A stretch of 64,000 bases of DNA from Longimicrobiales bacterium (lineage in GTDB: Bacteria > Gemmatimonadota > Gemmatimonadetes > Longimicrobiales > Gaopeijiaceae): the NCBI GenBank assembly GCA_965202985.1, contig CBDBCF010000001.1:2336001-2400000 (forward strand), in the 5' to 3' direction. This document shows, piece after piece, positions 45,303 through 54,740 of the stretch (the stretch's first letter is position 1; the number at the start of each line of letters is the position of its first letter). The translations under genes were made by a program, and so were the position numbers. The notes beneath the pieces were generated by a model, which was not told where the DNA came from, ran no database searches, and saw nothing but the letters and a program-made list of their open reading frames with translations.

Positions 45303-47001
45303 CCTTCGTAGCCTGCTAGATGCTGTGCAGGCTGGTCGGCTTACGATACCGAGATTCCAGCGGCAGTTTATCTGGAAGGAAGCAGATGTGCGACGCCTTG
45401 TGGACTCGATAGCCCGCTCCTATCCAGTGGGCTCGCTGCTGCTTCTCGAAAAGAATCCAGCACTACAGCTCGCGTCGCGCAGAATTGAGGCGGAGCTTCG
45501 CGAAGCGGACGACTTGGACCCGGCCGATCCTTCGGCTGGGATAGATGCGGACTCCTATATTCTTGACGGGCAGCAGCGAATCACGTCCCTCACTCGCGTA
45601 TTCATGAACGCAGGCCTGAGGGTGGCGTACTATTTTGACTTGAAGGCCATTCTTGAAGAATTCGATTCGGAGTCACTTGACTGGATCAGAACGAGGCGTC
45701 GCAAGACCCGACCTGATCGAATCGAGGGCAACAGGCTATTGCGTGCCGATCTAGTGCTTGACCAGAAGAAGGCCAGTATATATGTCAATGAATACATTGA
45801 GGATTCACCCGATTTTGCCGATTGCAATCGTGACCGCAAGTGGGAAGCAATCGCAGAAATCAATGGTATCTTTGAGACCATAAGAAGATATAAGATCCCT
45901 GTTGTGACACTTGAGCAGGACCGCGGCATCGAAGCGATCTGCCGGGTGTTTGAGACGATCAACAGCACGGGCACTAGACTTAGCACATTTGATCTTGCAG
46001 TTGCTAGATTCTTCCCGAATCCAGACTTGCGAGAACTATGGGAACAGACACTCGTAGACTATCCTATACTGCAGCAATTTGGGGTCAACGGCGAAAGAGT
46101 ACTGCAGGTATTGTACTTGGTGATTGCTACCCGAGATGGTCGGTCTGCTGAACTGTCACGAGGGACACTGCTGGCATTGCCGCCGGACCGATTAGCGAAG
46201 AACTGGGAGTGGTCGGTAAGTATGCTCGCGAGCACATACGAGTGGGCGAGGGCGCAGGGAGCACGTCCCAAATCGTCTGGAGGCCCAGGCACTTTGCCCA
46301 ATACCATGATTCTCGTCGCCATCGCCGCCGTTAAGGCTTTGCACAGACCAAACGAGGAAGTATTTGCTGATCTTGATTTTATGCGTAGATGGTATTTTAG
46401 TCAGATTCTGCAAAAAGGTTATTCGTCTCGCGCATCGAACTATCAGATAGGCTTGTTTTTCAATGCGTTGAAGATGTACGTTCGCGAGGGAATTGTTCCA
46501 CCAGTTCGAGACGTTGCCGAATTGAGTGTGGACGATATCCGGAGACTCAGGCCAGCAGACGTAAGGTACAAGGTACTGCAGAACATATTTGCCATGTCGG
46601 TACGACAGGACTTGTTGACCGGTGATATGATTACTTCCGAATCCGATCTCGATGATCACCATATCTATCCATATAACGCGGTCAAGAAGCATGGACTTGA
46701 CAAGAATGTATTGAATTCGATCTGTAATCGCATTCCGATACTTGCTAGGACAAACCGTTCACTTGGAGAAGGATATCCTCACGAATACTTTGGCAGTTTA
46801 GCCGAGAGGGCACGGGCGAGTGGGACGATAGACGGCCTAAGGCGACGACTTGGAGATTGCATGATACCGGGGGACCCGAAGGAACCTGATTGGCCCAATC
46901 GCTTCTTGATCGAGAATGTTGATGATTTTATGCGTGAGCGATCCGAATTGATTCGACATCGGGTGAAAGAAATAATCGGCACGGCGTTGCAAGGGGACTA
47001 A
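45283..47001 (+). CDS. DUF262 + HNH protein (GmrSD-like modification-dependent restriction nuclease)
   Basis: IPRFQRQFIW, YPVGSLLL, ILDGQQRITSL, VFETINSTG and C-terminal DDHHIYP...NSICN...TN. Lower GC than the flanks. Confidence 0.88.
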   Translation: MQTTSYSLRSLLDAVQAGRLTIPRFQRQFIWKEADVRRLVDSIARSYPVGSLLLLEKNPALQLASRRIEAELREADDLDPADPSAGIDADSYILDGQQRITSLTRVFMNAGLRVAYYFDLKAILEEFDSESLDWIRTRRRKTRPDRIEGNRLLRADLVLDQKKASIYVNEYIEDSPDFADCNRDRKWEAIAEINGIFETIRRYKIPVVTLEQDRGIEAICRVFETINSTGTRLSTFDLAVARFFPNPDLRELWEQTLVDYPILQQFGVNGERVLQVLYLVIATRDGRSAELSRGTLLALPPDRLAKNWEWSVSMLASTYEWARAQGARPKSSGGPGTLPNTMILVAIAAVKALHRPNEEVFADLDFMRRWYFSQILQKGYSSRASNYQIGLFFNALKMYVREGIVPPVRDVAELSVDDIRRLRPADVRYKVLQNIFAMSVRQDLLTGDMITSESDLDDHHIYPYNAVKKHGLDKNVLNSICNRIPILARTNRSLGEGYPHEYFGSLAERARASGTIDGLRRRLGDCMIPGDPKEPDWPNRFLIENVDDFMRERSELIRHRVKEIIGTALQGD

Positions 47002-47035
47002 ACGGAAATGTTGTGCAAGGTCCTATAGGGAGACC

Positions 47036-47803
47036 TCAAACCGAGTTCGCGATCCGATCCAGGAACTCCCGTTCGGCCTTGGTCAGGGTTTTGATGCCCT
47101 TGTCGGCGATCTTGGCGAGCAGCTTTTCGACCTCCTCGCGGTTCACCTCGTGGAGGCGGTCGGTGGGGATGCCGTGCCAGCGCGTCATGGGGTCCGGCTC
47201 TTTGTTGGCAGGCAGGTGAGAGTTGGTTTTTTCTTGGACGCGGACATTGCGGCGGCGCTCCCACGCCTTCAGGAAGACCCAGGCGGCCGCCACGCCGCCC
47301 AGGTGCGCAAAGTGCGCGACGCCGTCGCGGGCGCCCGAGAAGCCGGCGAAAAGGCTGGATGCCACCATGAACAGGGCAAGGATGCGGGCCTGGACCGGGA
47401 GGACGCCCCAGATGTAGATCTGCTCGCGGGGCCAGTACCGGGCGAACCCCAGCACGACGCCGAACACGGCGCCGGACGCGCCGATCATGGCTCCGAACGG
47501 CGCAAAGGGGAAGAAGGCCACGGCAACGACGGCGCCGGCGATGCCGCAAAGCAGGTAGAACCGAATGAAGATCGTGCTGCCCAGCCGCTCCTCCAGCCTG
47601 GGGCCGAAGAAGAAGAGCATGAGCATGTTGAAGAGGATGTGGGTGAACCCGGCGTGGAGGAACATGTACGTCAGGAGCGTCCAGGGCCGCGCCAGCGCCT
47701 GCGCAGGGGCGAATTCGAACCCCTGCACGATCGCCGGGGCGCCCTGCGCCAGCAGGAACACGAGCACGTTGGCCGCAAGCAGGCGCTTGACCCACGGCGT
47801 CAT
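47036..47803 (-). CDS. Rhomboid family intramembrane serine protease
   Basis: PWTLLTYMFLH...HILFNM, GASGA, AHFAHLGG and a C-terminal LLAKIADKGIKTLT domain. Confidence 0.92.
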   Translation of the reverse strand: MTPWVKRLLAANVLVFLLAQGAPAIVQGFEFAPAQALARPWTLLTYMFLHAGFTHILFNMLMLFFFGPRLEERLGSTIFIRFYLLCGIAGAVVAVAFFPFAPFGAMIGASGAVFGVVLGFARYWPREQIYIWGVLPVQARILALFMVASSLFAGFSGARDGVAHFAHLGGVAAAWVFLKAWERRRNVRVQEKTNSHLPANKEPDPMTRWHGIPTDRLHEVNREEVEKLLAKIADKGIKTLTKAEREFLDRIANSV

Positions 47804-48786
47804 CAGCACGGCGCGCTTCCTCCCTCGCTGCCGGCGCCTGTAGGGAGGTCGGCCACGCCCCGGCGCCGTCGGGCCTCGACCTCGCCGGGCAAGAGGACCG
47901 ACCAGACGAAGGAGTTGACGGGCGTGGGCACGCCGCACTCGGCGCCCAGGCGCGCCACGGCCCCCGGCCAAGCTTCAAGCTCCGACGGGAGGCCGGCCGC
48001 GATGTCTCGTTGCAGCGACGACGTGCCGTCCGGGGGGAAGGAGCCGGCCATCGTCATGGCTTGCCGCACGGCGCCCTCGGGCAGGACTACGCCGCGGGCG
48101 GCGGCCAGCGCCACGACCTCTTCCATGGCGCGTCGGAGCAAGTCGCGGCTTTCGGGGACAGCGAGAACGGGGCCGAACGGCGCCCGGCAAGCCGCGCACA
48201 CGCTGCCCAGCGAGGACACGAACAAGAATTTGAACCAGAGCGCGGCGTCGATGTCCGGCGGGACCTCCGCCTCCACTCCGGCCTCGGTGAGCGCCGCCAC
48301 GAACGCCTGAACCCGAGGCGAAGCGCGGCCGTCCCACTCGGCGACGGCCACGTAGGGCTCCACGCCCATGTGATGGATCGCGCCGGGCGCCGAAACCTTG
48401 CTCATGATCCGCGTCAGCCCCTTGCCCGTCCGCTCGCGGCCCACGGCGGGCGACAGGACTTCGTGGGCGTCCACGCCGTTCAGCAGGGGGACCACCAGCG
48501 TGGCGGGTCCCAGCAGGGGGCCGATTCGGGCCGCCACCGCCGGCAGGTCGAACGACTTGACGGACACGACCACGATGTCGGCGGGGCCGATCTCGACCGG
48601 GTCGTCGCTGGCGGCCCCGGGAGAGACCTGGAAGGTGCCGCCGGGGGTGCGCACGCGAAGGCCGTCCGCACGGATCGCCGACAGATGGGAGCCGCGGGCC
48701 ACGACAGCGACCTCGCACCCCGCGCGGGCCAGCACGGCGGCGTAGTAGCCGCCCACGCCGCCCGCGCCGTAGAACGCTACCCTCAC
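47803..48786 (-). CDS. panE: 2-dehydropantoate 2-reductase (ketopantoate reductase)
   Basis: GAGGVGG, VARGSH, VSVKS, LNGV, LWFKF and SSLQRD...E. Confidence 0.88.
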   Translation of the reverse strand: MRVAFYGAGGVGGYYAAVLARAGCEVAVVARGSHLSAIRADGLRVRTPGGTFQVSPGAASDDPVEIGPADIVVVSVKSFDLPAVAARIGPLLGPATLVVPLLNGVDAHEVLSPAVGRERTGKGLTRIMSKVSAPGAIHHMGVEPYVAVAEWDGRASPRVQAFVAALTEAGVEAEVPPDIDAALWFKFLFVSSLGSVCAACRAPFGPVLAVPESRDLLRRAMEEVVALAAARGVVLPEGAVRQAMTMAGSFPPDGTSSLQRDIAAGLPSELEAWPGAVARLGAECGVPTPVNSFVWSVLLPGEVEARRRRGVADLPTGAGSEGGSAPC

Positions 48787-51700
48787 GACGGTGGGGCCGG
48801 GGTCCGCGCGACGCCGCCGGACCCAGCGCTCCCGCTCCCGGACCCAGCGCTCCCGCTTCCGGGCCTCCTCCCCGGCGTCCACGGCGCCCCAGCGGCTTCC
48901 AACTCCGCCTCCAGCCGGGCCACTTCGTCCATCAAGCCGGACATCTCCTGGCCGACGGCGCCGAACTCCCGGGCGGCCACCTCCAGACTTTCCCGCTGCG
49001 TGTCGGTGGGCGGTTGCCGCGTGCCCCAATGCCCGCCGGCGATCTGTCCCAGCCGCCCCAGCACCGAGGGCGCCGACGGCTCGTTCAAGCGCCTTCGGGT
49101 CGGGTCGCCCTGGAGACGCGCGACGATCCCCGCCAGCCCGCGCTCCACCTCGGCCAAGCGACGATGCACCTCCGCACCCGCCGCCGGCGTCTCGGCCAGG
49201 GCGGCCCGCATGTGGCGCAACCGGTCTCGTACGCGGCCCGTTTCAGCGGCGGCGCCCCGAGCGCGGCGCAACAGGTCGCCGGTCTCTTCCTGGAAGGCCG
49301 TGGCGGCGGCGAAGTCCGTGCCGGGCGCGGCGTTGGGAACCGGCTTGACGACGAACTCCTGGGGCGCGCCCAGCGGTTGCAGCGACCCGTCCGCGTCCGC
49401 CAGCGCCAGCTCGGCCCGGTACCGGCCCGGAGGCGCCAGCGGTCCCCGGGGTGGGCCAGCCCATGGCGGCACGAAGCCGGGCACGCGCAAGTCCACGGGG
49501 TCGGGCGGGGGCCGACGAAGGTCCCATGCAACGCGGTGCAGCCCGGCCCCGGCAGGCCCCTCCAAGCGGCGAACGGGTCGTCCCTCCGCATCGGCAATCG
49601 AGAGCACGACCTGCGGCTCGCGGTCGAGCGCCTCCTCCGCCAAGCGATCCCAGCCGGGGAAGGGCACGTCCTGGCCTTGTTCCCGCAACGCTTCTTCCTC
49701 GGCGCGCCGAACGTCGCGGGGCGTCCGGGCCGTCTCGGCCAAGTAGTACGTGAAGACGGCGCCGAACGGAGGGTTGGGCGCCGTGTAGTCGGTCGTGCCC
49801 AGCGTGGGCTTGCCGGGTGCTTGCATCGGCACGTTGGGCACGTACCACCAAGCGTCGCGCACGGGGAAGAGCACGGCGCTGTCGTTCGCGTCGTCGCCGT
49901 CCGGCCCGGCGTCGGCGTTGGCGTCGCTTCCGGCGTCCAGGGCGCCCGCGGCCATCTCCCGCAGCGGCCCGTAGTCGTCCAGCACGTAGAACCCGCGGCC
50001 GAACGTCGCGCCAACCAAGTCGTCGTCGCGGCGCTGGATCTCCAGGTCGCGGAAGGCGGCGGGCGGCACTCCGGCGCCCAATTCGATCCAGTCTTCGCCT
50101 CGGTTCGGCGTGAAGAAGACGCCCAATTCGGTGCCTGCAAACAGCAAGTCCGGGTTCACGTGGTCCTGCTCCACCGACCACACGACGGCGTCGTCCGGCA
50201 GGTCTCCCGAAATCGACCGCCACGAGCGCCCAAAGTCGCGGCTCTCGAACAAGTGCGCCCGGTAGTCGCCCTCCTTGTGCGCGTCGGCGGCCGCGAACAC
50301 GGTTCCCGCGTCGTGCAGCGACGCCTTTACGTCGTTCATGAAGGCCCGCTCGGTGACGCCGGGCAAGGGCGCGGCCCGCCGCCACGTTTCGCCGCCGTCC
50401 TCGGTGGCCTGCACAAGTCCGTCGTCGGTGCCCACGTAGAGCACGCCTTCGTCCACCGCCGACTCGGTGATCGTCGAGACGGTGGAGTACAACGACATCG
50501 CGGTGTTGCCGTACAGGGCGTCCACGCTTCGCACGCGGCCCGCCATGGGCATTTCGTAGCGGTTCGAGTTGCGCGTCAGGTCGCCGCTGGCCGGCTGCCA
50601 GGAGTCGCCGCGGTCGTCGCTTCGCCACAGCCGTTGCGAGGCGTAGTAGATGCGTCCGGCGGCGTGGCGGCTCGCAACCAAGGGCGAATCCCAGTTCCAG
50701 CGCTCGGGCGGATCGCCGGGCGCGGGCATGGGGCGGATGCCCACGAGTTCCAGGTTGCGCAGGTCCAGCCGTTGCAAGTTGCCCTGCTGCGACTGGATGT
50801 AGGCGATGTTCGGGTCCACCGGGTCGAAGGCGCACGCATAGCCGTCGGCGCCCAACGGAACGGACCAGTCCCAGTTGCGCACGCCTTCGACGTCGAGCGT
50901 TCGCGACGGCCCCAGCAGCGTGCCCAAGTCTTGCGCGCCGCCCAAGATGTTGTAGAACGGCTCGGCGTTGTCCAGCGCCAGCTTGTAGAACTGGGAGATC
51001 GGCAGGTTGGGGAAGTGGCGCCAGGTGACGCCTTCGTCGAAGGTCTCGTACAAGCCCGCGTCGGTGCCGGCCAGGATGTGCTTTCCGTTGGCGGGGTCGA
51101 TCCAGAAGGCATGGTTGTCGCTGTGCTTCTCGCGGCCGGTGCCCAGCACTTCGAAGCTCGCACCGCCGTCTCGGGTTGCGCGCACGAACACGTCCATCTG
51201 GTAGACCAAGTCGGGATCGTGCGGGGACGCTTCGATCTCTTGGTAGTAGTGCGGCCCCGTGCCGCCGGAGATGTACGAGTTGCGCCGCTCCCAGCTCTCG
51301 CCCCGGTCGATCGAACGGTAGAAGCCCGCTTCGTCCGGCGCGGCCTCGATCGTGGCGTAGACCACGTTCGGCGTGGCGCCGGAAACCGCCAGCCCGATCT
51401 TGCCCATGTCGCCCTTGGGCAGCCCTCGGTGCAGCCGACGCCACGTCTCGCCGCCGTCGGTGGACTTGTGCACGCCCGACCCCGGGCCGCCCGCCAGCAA
51501 CGCCCATACGCTGCGGCGACGCTCGTAGGTGGCGGCGTACATGACGTCGGGGTCCGACGGATCGAACTCCACGTCGGTGACGCCCGTGTCGTCGTCCACT
51601 TGCAGGACGGCGCGCCACGTGACGCCTCGGTCTTCCGACTTGTACAAGCCGCGCTGGCCGCCCGCGGACCAAAGAGGACCTTCGGCGGCGGCGAACACGA

Positions 51701-52256
51701 TGTCGCCGTCGCGCGGGTCCACCAGGACCTTCCCGACATGCTCCGAGTCCTCCAAGCCCATGCGCTGCCACGACTTGCCGCCGTCCAAGCTGCGGTAGAC
51801 GCCGTCTCCCCAGGCCACGTGACGGCCGCTCACGTTCTCGCCGGTTCCGACCCAGACGACGTCCGGGTCCGACGGGTCCACGGCCACGGCGCCGATCGAG
51901 TAGGACGGCTGGTCGTCGAAGACGGGCGTCCACGAGGTGCCTGCGTTGAGCGTCTTCCAGAGTCCGCCCGAGCCGACGGCCACGTACCAGGCGGACGGGT
52001 CGCGCGGATGCACGGCGATGTCGGCGATGCGGCCGCCCATTACCGCCGGGCCGATGCCGCGCAACGCCAAGCCGCCGGCCGCGTCGCGCATGCGTTCCAG
52101 GGCGTCTGTGGCGGTGGCGGGCTGCTGGGCGTGGGCCGGCAAGGCGGCGGCCGACGGCAGAACGACCAGGGCGACCACTGCCGCCAGCGCAGTCGATGCG
52201 GCCGGGCGCGGGGCAAGGGGAACGGCGGTTGAAGCTTGGGCGGGGCAGGCGTTCAT
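48783..52256 (-). CDS. Secreted BNR-repeat/VPS10 (sortilin-like) glycosyl-hydrolase-like protein
   Basis: Signal peptide, RGIGPAVMGGRIAD, many S.DGG.TW BNR repeats and a C-terminal helical region. Confidence 0.88.
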   Translation of the reverse strand: MNACPAQASTAVPLAPRPAASTALAAVVALVVLPSAAALPAHAQQPATATDALERMRDAAGGLALRGIGPAVMGGRIADIAVHPRDPSAWYVAVGSGGLWKTLNAGTSWTPVFDDQPSYSIGAVAVDPSDPDVVWVGTGENVSGRHVAWGDGVYRSLDGGKSWQRMGLEDSEHVGKVLVDPRDGDIVFAAAEGPLWSAGGQRGLYKSEDRGVTWRAVLQVDDDTGVTDVEFDPSDPDVMYAATYERRRSVWALLAGGPGSGVHKSTDGGETWRRLHRGLPKGDMGKIGLAVSGATPNVVYATIEAAPDEAGFYRSIDRGESWERRNSYISGGTGPHYYQEIEASPHDPDLVYQMDVFVRATRDGGASFEVLGTGREKHSDNHAFWIDPANGKHILAGTDAGLYETFDEGVTWRHFPNLPISQFYKLALDNAEPFYNILGGAQDLGTLLGPSRTLDVEGVRNWDWSVPLGADGYACAFDPVDPNIAYIQSQQGNLQRLDLRNLELVGIRPMPAPGDPPERWNWDSPLVASRHAAGRIYYASQRLWRSDDRGDSWQPASGDLTRNSNRYEMPMAGRVRSVDALYGNTAMSLYSTVSTITESAVDEGVLYVGTDDGLVQATEDGGETWRRAAPLPGVTERAFMNDVKASLHDAGTVFAAADAHKEGDYRAHLFESRDFGRSWRSISGDLPDDAVVWSVEQDHVNPDLLFAGTELGVFFTPNRGEDWIELGAGVPPAAFRDLEIQRRDDDLVGATFGRGFYVLDDYGPLREMAAGALDAGSDANADAGPDGDDANDSAVLFPVRDAWWYVPNVPMQAPGKPTLGTTDYTAPNPPFGAVFTYYLAETARTPRDVRRAEEEALREQGQDVPFPGWDRLAEEALDREPQVVLSIADAEGRPVRRLEGPAGAGLHRVAWDLRRPPPDPVDLRVPGFVPPWAGPPRGPLAPPGRYRAELALADADGSLQPLGAPQEFVVKPVPNAAPGTDFAAATAFQEETGDLLRRARGAAAETGRVRDRLRHMRAALAETPAAGAEVHRRLAEVERGLAGIVARLQGDPTRRRLNEPSAPSVLGRLGQIAGGHWGTRQPPTDTQRESLEVAAREFGAVGQEMSGLMDEVARLEAELEAAGAPWTPGRRPGSGSAGSGSGSAGSGGVARTPAPPS

Positions 52257-52285
52257 CGGGACTCCGGTGTTTGTGGGCGGGCCAT

Positions 52286-52942
52286 CTACTTGCCACGCGG
52301 GCCGGGGGGGCGCAAGGGCGCGACTCCGGTCAGGCAATGCTCGTCTTGGTGGTCCAGACGGCCTTGGTGGAACACCACGTGGAGCAGGGTTCCCGCCACG
52401 AACGCCTGGTAGAGTTCGGCGCCCGAGCCTTGGCCCAGCGGGTCGACCGAGGCGCCCAGCAGATAGCCTACCCCCGTGGAGGCCATAAGCACGCCGACGC
52501 CCAGGCTGGCGGCCTTGACCCCGTGACGCGGGCGCACCACCCACCAGATCGCAAGTCCGTCCATCGCCTTGTGCAGCGCCACCGCCGTCCCGAAAGCCAG
52601 CCCCGCGCCTCCTTCCCCGGCCGAGAACGCCGCTCCCTCCAGCAATCCGTGGAGCGCAAACCCCGAGATGCCCGCCACCGTCGCCGCGTCGTCGGCCCGA
52701 GTCGCCCAGCTTCCGAACAAGCGTTCGACCAGCGTCACCGCGCCGAGTCCCGCGACCGCCGCGACCGCTTCCCAGTGCCCATGTCCCTCCAGGATGCCGG
52801 GCAAGACGTGCCAAATCACGAGTGCGGGCACGCCCACGTACACCACGCCGTCCACAAACCGTGCCGAGCGCTGGCCGTCCCCGTGCAAGACGACGTACAC
52901 GAGCACGCCGACCAGGGGCGCCATAGAGGCGACGAACACCAC
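52286..52942 (-). CDS. Polytopic membrane protein, ZIP-like metal transporter
   Basis: About 7 TMs, with ALHGLLEG, ALHKAMDG, AGTLLHVVFH and a His-containing tail. Confidence 0.6.
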   Translation of the reverse strand: MVFVASMAPLVGVLVYVVLHGDGQRSARFVDGVVYVGVPALVIWHVLPGILEGHGHWEAVAAVAGLGAVTLVERLFGSWATRADDAATVAGISGFALHGLLEGAAFSAGEGGAGLAFGTAVALHKAMDGLAIWWVVRPRHGVKAASLGVGVLMASTGVGYLLGASVDPLGQGSGAELYQAFVAGTLLHVVFHQGRLDHQDEHCLTGVAPLRPPGPRGK

Positions 52943-53090
52943 GATCGGTTCGTCCCGCGCTCAGGCCCGCAGCGGTGTGGAGTCCTGCCCTGGCGTCATC
53001 GTTCCGAGTATCCGGCCGCGGGGGAGTTGCCACGCAACCGGCGGGGCCGCTCGCGCACATCCAAAGCTAACCACCAGATTCGTCGCCAAC

Positions 53091-54740
53091 ATGTCCGCCA
53101 CGTCGTCAGCAAGCCGAGGGTCGAGCCGAGGGTCGAGCCGACGGGGCCGGTTGCGCCTCGATCCCCAGGTGCTGGTGTTGGGCGGTGGCCCGGCGGGGTC
53201 GGCGGCGGCGGGACTGCTGGCCACGTGGGGACTGGACGTGCAGCTGGTGGAGCGACCCCCATCGCCCGGCACCGAGGCTCGGTCGCTGGCCGAGTCACTG
53301 CCGCCCAGCGCGCGCAAGGTGCTGGGCGCGACGGGGCTGTCGCACGTGGTGGAGGCGGAGGAGTTCCATCCCAACCGGGGCAACACCGCCCTCTGGCGCG
53401 GCGAAGCCCGCAGCGACGACTTCGGCGGGCAGGCGACGGGCTTTCACGTGCTGCGTTCCCGCTTTGACGCCGTGCTGCTTCGGTCCGCGGCCGGGGCGGG
53501 CGCCGTGGTGGTGCGCGGCACGGCCCGGGCTCCCGGTCGGACGGGAGAAGGCTGGACCGTGCCCGTGGACTTGGCCGGCGGCCGTCGGATCGCGGTGCGT
53601 CCCATGTGGCTATTGGACTGCACGGGCCGGACGGGTTTGGTGGCCCGGCGCTGGCGAACCCCCGAGCGCCAGGCGCCGACGCTGGCCGTGGTTCGGCGCT
53701 ACCGGGCGAGCAACGGCTGGCGCGAGGTGGAACCGGCGCACGCCGTGGTGGAGAGCCATGGATGCGGCTGGGCGTGGTCGGTGCCCACTTCGCCGACCGA
53801 GCGCCACGTGGCGGTCATGCTCGACCCCCAAGTCCAGTCGCCAAGGCCGAGCGGCGCCGACCGGGAAGCGAGCTCGAAGGCGTTCGCGGACGGCATCGGA
53901 CGCACGTCGCTGTTGCGGAGCGTGGCCGGGGCGGCGCGTGCCATCGGCCCGCCGTGGGCCGTCGCCGCTTCCATGTACACGGCGCGCGAGTTCGCCTCGG
54001 GGCGGGCGCTGCTGGTGGGCGACGCGGGTTCGTTCGTGGACCCCATGTCGTCCTACGGGGTGAAGAAGGCGCTGGCCTCCGCGTGGCTGGCGGCGGTGGC
54101 GGTTCTCACGTCGATTCGCGACCCGCAGATGGAGCAAACCGCCGTGGAGTTCTTCCGTCGGCGCGAGCGGGACATGTACAGGGCCCTGCGGGACGGCATG
54201 GCGTCACACCTGGCAGTGCCGGAACCTGCGGACGCCCCGTTTCCCGACTCCGACGTCGGCAGTCCCGATTCCGCCGGTCCCGACGCCGCCCCATCCGACT
54301 TCTGGCACAAGCGAGCCGCCTGGCTGGCCGACGCGCCCGACTCCGGCGTCGCGACCACGTCGAGCCCTGCCCGCCTTCGCTCGGACCCGGCCGTCGCGGC
54401 CGCGCTTCAAGCCCTCCGCAGCGGCTCGGGGCGCGTGCGCGAAGGCCGCCTTGCGGTCGCCGATCGGCCCCGCGTCTCCGGCAACCGGATCGAGACGGCC
54501 CCGATGCTGGTCTCGGAGCGCTTCCCCGAGGGAGTCGGCCACCTCCGGGGCGTTGACATGCTTCGATTGGCCGAACTGGCGCCCGCGGCCGACAACCCCG
54601 GCGCCTTGTACGAGTCCTACTCCGCTTGGGCCGACCGCAGGGGGGAACCGACCCCGGCGCTGGCGGACGTCGTGGGCGCGCTGGCGGTCCTGGTGGCCGA
54701 CGGCGTGCTGGCCCTCGTTGACGAAGGGCCGGGCGCGTGA
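53091..54740 (+). CDS. qhpG: FAD-dependent monooxygenase (QhpG-like Trp hydroxylase for CTQ biogenesis)
   Basis: VLGGGPAGS, AESLPP, DCTGR, GWAW and VGDAGSFVDPMSSYGV. First gene of the qhp cluster. Confidence 0.75.
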   Translation: MSATSSASRGSSRGSSRRGRLRLDPQVLVLGGGPAGSAAAGLLATWGLDVQLVERPPSPGTEARSLAESLPPSARKVLGATGLSHVVEAEEFHPNRGNTALWRGEARSDDFGGQATGFHVLRSRFDAVLLRSAAGAGAVVVRGTARAPGRTGEGWTVPVDLAGGRRIAVRPMWLLDCTGRTGLVARRWRTPERQAPTLAVVRRYRASNGWREVEPAHAVVESHGCGWAWSVPTSPTERHVAVMLDPQVQSPRPSGADREASSKAFADGIGRTSLLRSVAGAARAIGPPWAVAASMYTAREFASGRALLVGDAGSFVDPMSSYGVKKALASAWLAAVAVLTSIRDPQMEQTAVEFFRRRERDMYRALRDGMASHLAVPEPADAPFPDSDVGSPDSAGPDAAPSDFWHKRAAWLADAPDSGVATTSSPARLRSDPAVAAALQALRSGSGRVREGRLAVADRPRVSGNRIETAPMLVSERFPEGVGHLRGVDMLRLAELAPAADNPGALYESYSAWADRRGEPTPALADVVGALAVLVADGVLALVDEGPGA

